Part shown: positions 28,850 to 37,637 of the stretch, one piece after another
How positions within the stretch are numbered: position 1 is the stretch's first letter
How the letters are laid out: each line of letters starts with the position of its first letter
Origin: a virus
Reading direction: 5' to 3' (one strand)
Length of the DNA: 64,000 bases
Virus record (IMG/VR): IMGVR_UViG_3300022602_000001
Notes under the pieces: model-generated
What the model saw: the letters and a program-made list of their open reading frames with translations, nothing else
Told to the model about the DNA's origin: nothing
Databases searched by the model: none
Made by a program: the position numbers and the translations under genes

Positions 28850-29641
28850 ATGCCAGTACTGAACACGTTGCAGAGTTATGGAAATGGTTTCCAAATAAAA
28901 GTGCTGTCCAGCCTATTGAAGCACAAGGAGTTTTTGCAAAACGTCAACGACATACTCAGCACAGACATGTTTGACTCCCCTGCGCACAAGTGGATAGTGT
29001 CCGAGACGCTCAGGTACTACCACAAGTACCACACGACCCCAACCATGGAGTCGCTTCAGGTGGAAGTAAAAAAGATCGACAACGAGATTCTTAAAGTGGG
29101 AGTAATAGACCAGCTCAAGGAGTCCTTGAAGGCAATAAACGACGACAGGGAGTACATAGAGCAGGAGTTTGCAAACTTTTGCAGAAACCAACAGTTGAAG
29201 AACGCAATACTTGAGTCGGTTAAGCTCCTTGAGAAGGGCGAGTACGAGGACATAAGGAGCATAATAAACACGGCCGCAAAGGCCGGTCAGGACAAGACGA
29301 TAGGCCACGAGTACGAAAAGGACCTGGAGACCCGCTACAGGCAGGAGCAGAGGTCGCCTATTCCCACTGCATGGCCCCAGGTGAACGAGCTGCTAATGGG
29401 AGGGCTTGGAGTGGGAGACCTAGGAATCATATTTGGAAATCCTGGAGGCGGAAAGTGCATTGGGCCTAACTCCATAGTAGAAATAGAGTACGAAGAAATA
29501 GGCGTCGATGTGAACAACAACGGAAAGACAACGACCATTTGGTTTGATTCTTTTGCTGAGTTCAACATAGACGGAACGCACATGTGGGGGCACGAAGTAA
29601 AAAAGTTCTTTGAATTTGTTGAGGCCCAAAAATTAAATTAA
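28850..29641 (+). CDS. DnaB-like replicative helicase, N-terminal half fused to split-intein N-fragment
   Basis: Helicase sequence runs to GNPGGGK, then CIGPNSIV (intein block A, Cys1 at 29456); 61-aa IntN then stop. Confidence 0.88.
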   Translation: MPVLNTLQSYGNGFQIKVLSSLLKHKEFLQNVNDILSTDMFDSPAHKWIVSETLRYYHKYHTTPTMESLQVEVKKIDNEILKVGVIDQLKESLKAINDDREYIEQEFANFCRNQQLKNAILESVKLLEKGEYEDIRSIINTAAKAGQDKTIGHEYEKDLETRYRQEQRSPIPTAWPQVNELLMGGLGVGDLGIIFGNPGGGKCIGPNSIVEIEYEEIGVDVNNNGKTTTIWFDSFAEFNIDGTHMWGHEVKKFFEFVEAQKLN

Positions 29642-30059
29642 AAAGTTACATATGCTAAAGACCAGAAAAGTCCAGAGAAAAATTTCAATGGAAAATTTGT
29701 TCATGAAGTTGGCAATAGATCCCAGACCAAACAATGTTAGGCTGATTGATTTTCCCCTAAAGGTGAAGACTCCCCACGGCTACAAACAAATAGTCAATTT
29801 GTTCACCACTGAAAAACAAAAGAGGGTCACAACCTACTTCTCAAATGGAAAAACTCTGACCAGTTCAAACCAGCACTTGCTAAAAGTGGGAGAGGAGTGG
29901 AAAAAAGTCGAAGAGCTGCACAAGGGAGACTATGTGACAACAGAAAAGGGAACAACAAAAATAACAAAAAAAGTGCACCTCAAGAATGACAAAGTCCTCT
30001 ACGACATGTCCGTTGACGAGGTCCACTGTTATTATTCAAACGGGTTGCTCTCGCACAAC
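29456..30059 (+). mobile_element. Atypically split mini-intein (IntN 61 aa, IntC 136 aa) in the helicase Walker A motif
   Basis: Cys1; block B-like LTSSNQHLL; block F VLYDMSV; terminal SHN followed by Ser+1. Confidence 0.88.
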
Positions 30060-30830
30060 TCCTGGTGTTTGATAAATTTGGGAGCAGCAGCAGTTAAGGC
30101 GGGATACACGGTCTGCCACTACACTCTTGAACTGTCGGAGGACTACGTTGGAAAGAGGTATGACGCCATATTTACGGGAATTGATGCTCAGCAGATACAC
30201 CTACACAAGGACAAGGTGGCCGAAGCAATAGAAAAGCTTCCCGGAAAGCTGATCATAAAAGAGTACCCCATGGGAAAGGTTGGACCAAACACCATTGAGT
30301 CCCACATTCAGAAGTGCAGAGACCTCAAGCACCCTCCCAATCTCGTTATAATAGACTACGTGGACCTTTTGAAGAGCAAAACAAGGTCCATAGATCCAAA
30401 GGACGCCATAGATGACGTGTACACTGCGGTGAAGGGGCTGGCAAGAGAGCTAAAAATACCAATATGGACCGTTTCCCAGGTTAATCGCATGGGTTCTAAG
30501 GACGATGTTATTGAGGGAGACAAGGCTGCAGGATCCTACAACAAGATGATGATCGCGGACTTTGCCATGTCTTTGTCAAGAAAACGTCAGGACAAGGTGA
30601 ACGGCACTGGCAGGATCCACATAATGAAGAACAGGTACGGTGGAGATGGAATGACGTACGGTGCAAGAGTAAACACTCATAACGGATCGATTGAAATAAA
30701 CAGCGAAGAAATTGGAGATGAAGATTTAACATTTGACACTGGCCAAAAACAGCCCTTTCAGGGAAAAACAATGTTCACCCTGGACGAGAAGAGCTACCTG
30801 AACAAAAAATTCACAGAGCTGATTGGCTAG
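29652..30830 (+). CDS. Split-intein C-fragment fused to C-terminal half of DnaB-like helicase
   Basis: ...GLLSHN|SWCLINLG, then HYTLELSE, IIDYVDLL, WTVSQVNR, KNRYG helicase motifs. Confidence 0.9.
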   Translation: MLKTRKVQRKISMENLFMKLAIDPRPNNVRLIDFPLKVKTPHGYKQIVNLFTTEKQKRVTTYFSNGKTLTSSNQHLLKVGEEWKKVEELHKGDYVTTEKGTTKITKKVHLKNDKVLYDMSVDEVHCYYSNGLLSHNSWCLINLGAAAVKAGYTVCHYTLELSEDYVGKRYDAIFTGIDAQQIHLHKDKVAEAIEKLPGKLIIKEYPMGKVGPNTIESHIQKCRDLKHPPNLVIIDYVDLLKSKTRSIDPKDAIDDVYTAVKGLARELKIPIWTVSQVNRMGSKDDVIEGDKAAGSYNKMMIADFAMSLSRKRQDKVNGTGRIHIMKNRYGGDGMTYGARVNTHNGSIEINSEEIGDEDLTFDTGQKQPFQGKTMFTLDEKSYLNKKFTELIG

Positions 30831-30885
30831 AGGAGAGGCAATTTTCTGAGGGTAGATCATATTTATTACAACAAAACAAACTCGC

Positions 30886-31092
30886 ATGTTTTTAATAGAC
30901 ATATTCAAAAAAGCAACAAAGGGCGACGCCTTCAGGCCGTCAGCCTCACCGGACAGATACACAGACAAGATCGCTGCCATGAACTCTGGAGGATCTGCCA
31001 CACAGAACAACAACAAGATCACCACTCCAAATTTGGCCAAAATATCGAATTCTTCTCCTGGCAACAGCGCAGGAATTCTGCCTTCGGCCTAA
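30886..31092 (+). CDS. Small hypothetical protein
   Basis: 68-aa ORF 19 nt downstream of an ATATTTAT motif. Confidence 0.55.
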   Translation: MFLIDIFKKATKGDAFRPSASPDRYTDKIAAMNSGGSATQNNNKITTPNLAKISNSSPGNSAGILPSA

Positions 31093-31183
31093 TTTTTGAA
31101 TTTTAATCTACTGTCAACCGTCAATGGGTGCCAAAAGCAGACCAAACGGTTATCTATTTTTCTTAACTAAAAAATTATTTTAA

Positions 31184-32158
31184 ATGTCAGTTTTTGACAA
31201 GAGGATAGCGTTTAAGCCATTTGAGTATCCTGAACTGTACGATTTTGTAGATGCAATAAATCACAGCTATTGGATCCATACAGAGTACTCCTACGAGTCG
31301 GACATTCAGGACTTCCACGTGAACCTGAACGACGTGGAAAAGAACGCAGTGAAGAATGCCATGCTGGCAATATCCCAAATTGAAATAAATGTAAAGAGGT
31401 TTTGGAGCAATCTGTACACTCAGTTTCCCAAGCCGGAGTTTGATGCTCTTGGAAACACCTTTGGGGAGTCAGAGGTGAGGCACAGCCGGGCGTACAGCCA
31501 CGTGCTGGAGCTGCTTGGGTTCAACAACGCATTCGACGAGATGATCGACAATCCAGTGATTCAGGGAAGGATCGACTACCTGACTAAGTACCTAAAAAAT
31601 GCAGGGTCAAACAACAAGGAGCTGTACACGCTCACGCTGGCCCTTTTTTCTTTGTTTGTTGAGAACTGCTCCCTGTTCAGCCAATTTTACATCATAAAGT
31701 CATTCAACAAGCAGAAAAACACGTTCAAAGGAATCGACAACGTCATAGCTGCAACCATGAAAGAGGAAAAGCTCCATGGAATGGCAGGCGCATACATCAT
31801 AAACCTAATAAGGAAGGAGAATCCAGAGTGGTTCAACGAGGACTTTTTTAAGACTGTGGAAAGGGCGTGCAAAAAGGCCTACGCAGCAGAGGAAAAAATA
31901 ATAGACTGGATCTTTGAACTGGGAGAATTGACTTTTTTGTCCAAAAAAAATGTCCTAGAATTCACAAAGAACAGGTTCAATGAGTCGCTAAAGATGATAG
32001 GCGCACAAGAAGTCTTTGAGATAGACAAAAAGCTGCTGAAGGGATCTGAGTGGTTCAATGTGGAAGTGGACTCAGAGACTCACACTGACTTCTTTCACAA
32101 GACTCCAACTGCCTACCAAAAAAAGGCACAGTCAATAAACGCAGAGGACATTTTTTAA
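31184..32158 (+). CDS. nrdB: Ribonucleotide reductase class I beta subunit
   Basis: KPFEYP, E.RHSRAYS, EE.LH iron-ligand motifs; TDFF...PTAY tail. Confidence 0.95.
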   Translation: MSVFDKRIAFKPFEYPELYDFVDAINHSYWIHTEYSYESDIQDFHVNLNDVEKNAVKNAMLAISQIEINVKRFWSNLYTQFPKPEFDALGNTFGESEVRHSRAYSHVLELLGFNNAFDEMIDNPVIQGRIDYLTKYLKNAGSNNKELYTLTLALFSLFVENCSLFSQFYIIKSFNKQKNTFKGIDNVIAATMKEEKLHGMAGAYIINLIRKENPEWFNEDFFKTVERACKKAYAAEEKIIDWIFELGELTFLSKKNVLEFTKNRFNESLKMIGAQEVFEIDKKLLKGSEWFNVEVDSETHTDFFHKTPTAYQKKAQSINAEDIF

Positions 32159-32170
32159 AAAAACAATACT

Positions 32171-33811
32171 ATGGAAATTAGATGGCTGAATGAGCACTCC
32201 AAAGCATTTTTGGAGAAGGACTACCTGCTTCCTGGACAAACGGTGCAGGAGAGGCTAAAGGTGATAGGAGACGCTGCAGAGAGGATTTTGGGGATGGAGG
32301 GGTATGGAGAAAAGCTTCAGAGGTACGTGTCAAATGGATGGATAAGTCTGAGCACTCCCATGTGGACGAACTTTGGAGTTGACAGGGGGCTCCCCATAAG
32401 CTGCTTTGGAGTTCACGTGGACGACAGCGTAGAGAGCATACTCAGCTCGGTCGCAGAGATAGGCACAATGAGCAAGCACGGAGGGGGCACGTCAGGATAC
32501 TTTGGCGCTCTCAGGCCAAGGGGATCTGAAATAAAAAACAATGGCCACAGCAATGGATCAAAGGCGTTCCTTGAGCTCTTTCAATCATGCGCCCAGTCGA
32601 TGAACCAGGGGTCCGTTAGAAGGGGATACTTTTCAGCATATCAGGACATAAGCCACCCAGACTTTGAGGAGTGGCTAAACATAAGAGCAGAGGGAGATCC
32701 AATACAGCACATCACCTGGGGAGCGTGCGTCTCAGACGAGTGGCTCAAGTCGATGAGGGACGGAGACGCCAAAAAAAGAAAGATTTGGGCAAGGGTGATC
32801 CAAAAGAAGTTTGAAACTGGTCTTCCTTACATATTTTTCACAGACAACGCAAACAATCATGAGTCCGTTCCAGAAGTTTACAGAGGAAAAGGCAAAATAT
32901 TAAGTTCACAAATGTGCAGTGAAATCATGCTACCGGCTGACAACACCCAATCGTTTGTGTGCGACCTGGGCTCGATGAACGACTTCTACTACGACGAGTG
33001 GAAGGACACGGACTGCGTAGAGGTGCTGACATTCTTGCTGGACGCAGCAATGACAGAGTTCATAGAGAAGGCGTCAAAGATAAAGTTCCTTTCCAGGGCA
33101 GTTGAGTTTTCCAAAAAGCACAGAGCCATTGGAATAGGCAGGCTGGGGTACCACTCCATGCTGCAGAGCAGGATGATTCCCTTTGAGAGCCTTCTGGCAA
33201 GAAATCTAAACATAGAAATCCAAAGGAACATCCAGGAAAATTCAATGAAGGCTTCCAAGAAGCTGGCTGAGCTGTTTGGAGAGTGCGAAATGACGAAAGG
33301 GCTGGGCAGAAGGAACACAACAACCCAAGCAATAGCTCCAACGACCTCGTCCGCCTTCATAATGCAAGTGTCCCAGAGCATAGAGCCGTGGATGAGCAAC
33401 TACATGATCAAGGACCTTTCCAAGGGAAAGTTTGTTATTAAGAACGTGTTCCTGGAGAGGCTGTTGCAACAGTTGGGAAAAAACACCGACGAGGTCTGGG
33501 AGAGCATACAGAAGCAGCAGGGAAGCGTCTTGCATTTGGACTTCCTGACGGACGATGAAAAGCTAGTGTTCAAAACAGCAAGGGAGATCTCCCAGACGGA
33601 GATAGTGGTTCAGGCGGCCCACAGGCAAAAGTACATAGATCAGGGGCAGTCTCTGAACCTCCTCATAACTGCAGACACAAAGGCAAAGGAGGTAAACGAG
33701 CTCATCCTCCTTGCCCACGATATGGGACTCAAGTCGCTGTACTACCAGCACAACATATCAAAGGCTTCTGAGTTCGCAAAGAACTTCAACCACTGCGTTG
33801 CGTGCGAGTAG
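32171..33811 (+). CDS. nrdA: Ribonucleotide reductase class I alpha subunit (no ATP cone)
   Basis: PISCF, QGSVRRG, SQMCSEI, AIAPTTSS, DQGQSLN, KSLYY motifs; C-terminal CVACE. Confidence 0.95.
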   Translation: MEIRWLNEHSKAFLEKDYLLPGQTVQERLKVIGDAAERILGMEGYGEKLQRYVSNGWISLSTPMWTNFGVDRGLPISCFGVHVDDSVESILSSVAEIGTMSKHGGGTSGYFGALRPRGSEIKNNGHSNGSKAFLELFQSCAQSMNQGSVRRGYFSAYQDISHPDFEEWLNIRAEGDPIQHITWGACVSDEWLKSMRDGDAKKRKIWARVIQKKFETGLPYIFFTDNANNHESVPEVYRGKGKILSSQMCSEIMLPADNTQSFVCDLGSMNDFYYDEWKDTDCVEVLTFLLDAAMTEFIEKASKIKFLSRAVEFSKKHRAIGIGRLGYHSMLQSRMIPFESLLARNLNIEIQRNIQENSMKASKKLAELFGECEMTKGLGRRNTTTQAIAPTTSSAFIMQVSQSIEPWMSNYMIKDLSKGKFVIKNVFLERLLQQLGKNTDEVWESIQKQQGSVLHLDFLTDDEKLVFKTAREISQTEIVVQAAHRQKYIDQGQSLNLLITADTKAKEVNELILLAHDMGLKSLYYQHNISKASEFAKNFNHCVACE

Positions 33812-33867
33812 TTTCTAACATGAGTTTTAAATTTTTATTGATAAATTTTAATTAATAAATTACAGTT

Positions 33868-34074
33868 ATGGAAAAACAGGACTTTTACCTTTTGATTGTC
33901 ATCATTCTGTTCGTCATCCAATTGTACCAGATGATCTTAATAGACAGAATAAAGAAGGAGCTTGACCAGCTTTGGGACCAAATCAGTTTGTTGACGGCCA
34001 TAACGTCGGCAAAATTGGTGGACGCACTGCTAAAAAAGAAGGAGGAAATAGATGGAAAAGGAAAAGAAGCCTAA
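33868..34074 (+). CDS. Small membrane protein
   Basis: N-terminal TM helix; cagttATG start context. Confidence 0.6.
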   Translation: MEKQDFYLLIVIILFVIQLYQMILIDRIKKELDQLWDQISLLTAITSAKLVDALLKKKEEIDGKGKEA

Positions 34075-34234
34075 GGGGCTTGGAGATACGGTGGCAAAGA
34101 TAACACACGCACTCAAGTTGGACGAGCTGGCCCACACCGTGGCAGAGCTGACAGGAAAGGAGGACTGCGGCTGCTCAAGGAGGCAGGAGAAGCTAAACGA
34201 AATGTTTCCTTACAAGAGCAAGGAGTCGGAGTAA
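34052..34234 (+). CDS. Conserved small phage protein
   Basis: KGLGDTVAK...DCGC..RQEKLN.MFPY motif. Confidence 0.75.
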   Translation: MEKEKKPKGLGDTVAKITHALKLDELAHTVAELTGKEDCGCSRRQEKLNEMFPYKSKESE

Positions 34235-34253
34235 AACAAACAAAAAAAAGGTC

Positions 34254-36557
34254 ATGCAAAAAAGTTACGTCCTTGTCAACACCATAGAATTGGCCCAGCA
34301 GATGACTCGTCACATTTTGGAGAACGACGTCATTGCATTTGACACGGAGACCACGTCCCTGAATCCAAGGAAGGGAGAAATTATAGGCTGGTCTATCTCT
34401 GCAGAGCCTGGAGTTGGGTACTATCTGCCAACAAAAATTTACCAAGACGGAGAACTGGTGGACGCTCTGATAGACGGCCACTCTGCTCACGACATCTCAG
34501 TGAAGATGATCAAGATGCTGGTGGGCAAAAAAATAATTGGTCATAATTTTTCTTTTGACGTGAGATACGTCAAGAACTATTTTGGGGTGGACCTTCTGTC
34601 CTCTCTGTACGCGGACACCATTCTTTTGGTGCACACGGTGAACGAGGAGGGCGCTGGGTTTGGCACCAATTCCCCATTTGGCTTGAAGAGCATAGCAAAG
34701 TCCATACAGGAAGAGCTCGGGCTTGACCTTGACAAGGAGGCAAACGAGGAGCAGGTTGAGCTCAAAAACTCAATAAAGCAGAACGGCGGGTCTGTGACAA
34801 AGGACGACTACGAAATATGGAAGGCAGACATAGACGTTCTTTCAAAGTATGCTGCTGCGGACACGGATCTAACGCTTAGAATTTACAACCATTTCATAAA
34901 GGAACTGTACAGACAGGATCTTCAGGACTTCTTCTTTGAATCGGAGGTGATGCCCCTCTACAAAGAGGTCACCATACCAATGGAGGAGAGGGGGATAAAG
35001 CTCGACATGGACCTAATTGTCAGAACAAGGGATGAAATTTCTTTGTCCCTGGAGGAGTACAAAACAAAAGTTGTCAATGGGCTGATGGACCTTGCAGAGG
35101 TCAAGCACTGGATAATGACAAAAGCCGCAACTGCATTTCCTGCAAACAACAGGGGAGCTTTTGCAGTTGAACTGATAAAGCAGAGCGGACTGGAGTTTCC
35201 AAAGTCGGAAAAGACGGGAAAGTATAACGTGTCCAACGCAAACATACACCGCATGGAGGAGAGCAGCGTAAAGCAATTCCTCCTGCACGGAGACAAAGAA
35301 ATTTTGGACAGCGACACAGTTACAAAAGTTCAGTTGAAGCTGTGGAGGCAGTCCAACGACGACACTTGGTTCAACATTCAGTCCAAGGACCAGATGGGGG
35401 AGATTGCGTTCAAGGCTCTTGGAATAAAGTACAAGTCCGTTACAAAGACCGGGAAGCCCCAGTTTGACGACGACGTGATTCAGGAAATAGCAGATAAGGA
35501 GGAGTGGGCAAAAAACTTAAGAATATACAACAGGCTGCTGAAGATAAAGTCCACCTACGTGGACAGGTTTCTAGAGGGCCAAGAGGATGGTAGGTACTAC
35601 TTCAGCTACAAGCAGCACGGCACAGTTTCGGGAAGGTATGGATCGGACGCCCAACAGCTCCCAAGAACCAAGGAGGAGGGGGACGACGATCCTATTGTGG
35701 TGGAGTACAACAATCGAGTGAGAGCATTTTTTGTTGCTGAAGAAAACAACGTATTCATAGACGACGACTACACCTCGCTGGAGCCGGTGGTTTTCTCCCA
35801 CGTGTCTGGAGACGACGGCCTAAAGGACATTTTCAGAAATGGGTGGGACTTCTACTCAACAATTGCAATAAAAACAGAGAAGTTGAACGAGTACTCCCCA
35901 GACAAGAAGGCGGACAACTACCTTAGAAAGCTGGCTCCAAAGCTAAGAAACAAGGCAAAGGCGTACTCGCTGGGAATTCCTTACGGAATGTCCCCCTACG
36001 CCCTTGGAAAGACCCTTGAAATATCCACCAAAGAGGCAAAAAAGCTGGTTGACGGCTATCTGGGAGGATTTCCAAAGCTGAAGAAGTGGATGGAAGACTC
36101 AACTGCCTACGCAAAGGAGCACGGGTACATAAAGACTCAGGTCGGGCGAATAAGGCACCTACCAAAGGTGAAGGAGATATACACTGCAGTTGGAGACGCT
36201 CTTTTGGACTGGGACCTTAGAAAGCAGCTGTCGTACCAGTTCGGAGAGGAGAAGATTAAAAACTTGTACAGGGACTACAAGAATGGCCTGAACAACTCTC
36301 TCAACGTTCAGATACAAGGACTGGCTGCTTCCATTGTAAATCGAGCGGCCATAGCAATAAACAGAGAGTTCAAGAGGATGGGAATCGACGGGTGGGTGTG
36401 CGCTCAGGTGCACGACCAATTGCTGATCGAGGTCCTTGAGAGCCAGCGCAAGGAGGCAGCCCAAATTGTCCAGGACAAGATGGAGAACACGACAAAGTTG
36501 GACATAGACCTGATCGCAGTTCCACAGTTCTCAAAGAACATGAGGGACGGCCACTAG
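34254..36557 (+). CDS. polA: DNA polymerase family A with 3'-5' exonuclease
   Basis: FDTETT ExoI, HNFSFD ExoII, YAAAD ExoIII; DYTSLEP motif A, RNKAKAYSLGIPYGM motif B, QVHDQL motif C. Confidence 0.95.
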   Translation: MQKSYVLVNTIELAQQMTRHILENDVIAFDTETTSLNPRKGEIIGWSISAEPGVGYYLPTKIYQDGELVDALIDGHSAHDISVKMIKMLVGKKIIGHNFSFDVRYVKNYFGVDLLSSLYADTILLVHTVNEEGAGFGTNSPFGLKSIAKSIQEELGLDLDKEANEEQVELKNSIKQNGGSVTKDDYEIWKADIDVLSKYAAADTDLTLRIYNHFIKELYRQDLQDFFFESEVMPLYKEVTIPMEERGIKLDMDLIVRTRDEISLSLEEYKTKVVNGLMDLAEVKHWIMTKAATAFPANNRGAFAVELIKQSGLEFPKSEKTGKYNVSNANIHRMEESSVKQFLLHGDKEILDSDTVTKVQLKLWRQSNDDTWFNIQSKDQMGEIAFKALGIKYKSVTKTGKPQFDDDVIQEIADKEEWAKNLRIYNRLLKIKSTYVDRFLEGQEDGRYYFSYKQHGTVSGRYGSDAQQLPRTKEEGDDDPIVVEYNNRVRAFFVAEENNVFIDDDYTSLEPVVFSHVSGDDGLKDIFRNGWDFYSTIAIKTEKLNEYSPDKKADNYLRKLAPKLRNKAKAYSLGIPYGMSPYALGKTLEISTKEAKKLVDGYLGGFPKLKKWMEDSTAYAKEHGYIKTQVGRIRHLPKVKEIYTAVGDALLDWDLRKQLSYQFGEEKIKNLYRDYKNGLNNSLNVQIQGLAASIVNRAAIAINREFKRMGIDGWVCAQVHDQLLIEVLESQRKEAAQIVQDKMENTTKLDIDLIAVPQFSKNMRDGH

Positions 36558-36607
36558 AATTTTAAATTTTTTTGCAGAGCAAATTTCTGTATATTTATTA
36601 GAAACAA

Positions 36608-37138
36608 GGTACTTGGTAGGCCTTAGGTTGCAAAAGAAACACTAACCGTTCACCGCAAGGGAACACAAAACTAAAAAAAAATGACTTACACACTGAGACC
36701 ATTTGAACTGGATCCGTTTGATCTTCTGTGGAAGGACCTGCTGGACACCCAATCCCACTTTTCTTCCATCACGCAAAAAGTAACGCACCCCGTGGACATT
36801 TTTGAGACAAAAAAGGGCATTACCATAGAGGTTGCCGCAGTCGGACTTGAGAAGGACGACATAAACATAATCGTCGAGGGGGACCAACTAAAAATAACCT
36901 ACGAAAAACCAAAGGACGAAGAATCCACCGCCCTGTACAGGGGAATAAAGAGGTCGTCGTTCAATCTGAGCTGGAAGATAGCTTCCAAGTTTGACCTTTC
37001 CAAGCTAACGGCTTCCCTGGACAAGGGGCTGCTAATCCTGTCGATACCAGTCGCAGAGGGCAAAGAGCCAAAGAGAGTTGAGATACACACAGCAAAGCAG
37101 CTGTTAAAGGACTAATTTAAAAGAGCCTGCCAAGTACC
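36608..37138 (+). repeat. 14-nt inverted repeat (one G-U pair) flanking hsp20
   Basis: ggtacttggtaggc at 36608-36621 versus gcctgccaagtacc at 37125-37138. Confidence 0.85.
36681..37115 (+). CDS. Small heat-shock protein (Hsp20/alpha-crystallin)
   Basis: PVDI.ET, EVAAVGL.K.DI, YRGI.RSSF, ASLDKGLL.L.IP motifs. Confidence 0.92.
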   Translation: MTYTLRPFELDPFDLLWKDLLDTQSHFSSITQKVTHPVDIFETKKGITIEVAAVGLEKDDINIIVEGDQLKITYEKPKDEESTALYRGIKRSSFNLSWKIASKFDLSKLTASLDKGLLILSIPVAEGKEPKRVEIHTAKQLLKD

Positions 37139-37143
37139 AAGTT

Positions 37144-37335
37144 ATGTTTTCAATTTCAAAAAATTTCATCAGAGTCAACGACACTCTTTTTCACGTCAAA
37201 AAAACTTTCCTCGAAGAGAGAATAAAGAACGTAGACGCTGCAAAGGAGCTGTTCGGGTGCACGCACGTCTTCAAGAAGGACGAAACGCTTTATTTTACAG
37301 AAGAGGTGCCAGAGGCACAGACAACAACAGAATAA
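37144..37335 (+). CDS. Small hypothetical protein in the chaperone operon
   Basis: aagttATG start; fills the gap between hsp20 and groES. Confidence 0.7.
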   Translation: MFSISKNFIRVNDTLFHVKKTFLEERIKNVDAAKELFGCTHVFKKDETLYFTEEVPEAQTTTE

Positions 37336-37339
37336 ATTT

Positions 37340-37633
37340 ATGAGTAAATTAAATCCAAAGAACGGTTTCGTTGTTTTGAAACCCATCGAGGAGCAGGAGC
37401 AGACCTACGGAAACATAGTGATCCCTGACCTCGGAAAAGAGCGCCCAGAAATGGGGGAGGTAATTGCAACCAGCAGGACCTACAACTGGCACAGGGGAGA
37501 GTTCGTGGAGTCGCAGTTTGAGGTGGGACAGAAGGTCCTGATACCAAAGATGGGCACCATGAAAATATCCATGGAAGGAGAAGAGTATTTTTTAACAAAA
37601 GACACAGAGATACTTTCTGTGGTGGAGAATTAA
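37340..37633 (+). CDS. groES: Co-chaperonin GroES
   Basis: KL.P..G.VVLK, GNIVIPD..KE.P..GEVIA, VGQKVL motifs. Confidence 0.9.
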   Translation: MSKLNPKNGFVVLKPIEEQEQTYGNIVIPDLGKERPEMGEVIATSRTYNWHRGEFVESQFEVGQKVLIPKMGTMKISMEGEEYFLTKDTEILSVVEN

Positions 37634-37637
37634 GACT

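Noticed and set aside
36608-37138. Inverted repeat around hsp20 as transposon ends or an invertible segment
   Set aside because: No transposase or recombinase nearby, no target-site duplication, and the single mismatch is a G-U pair consistent with RNA pairing.
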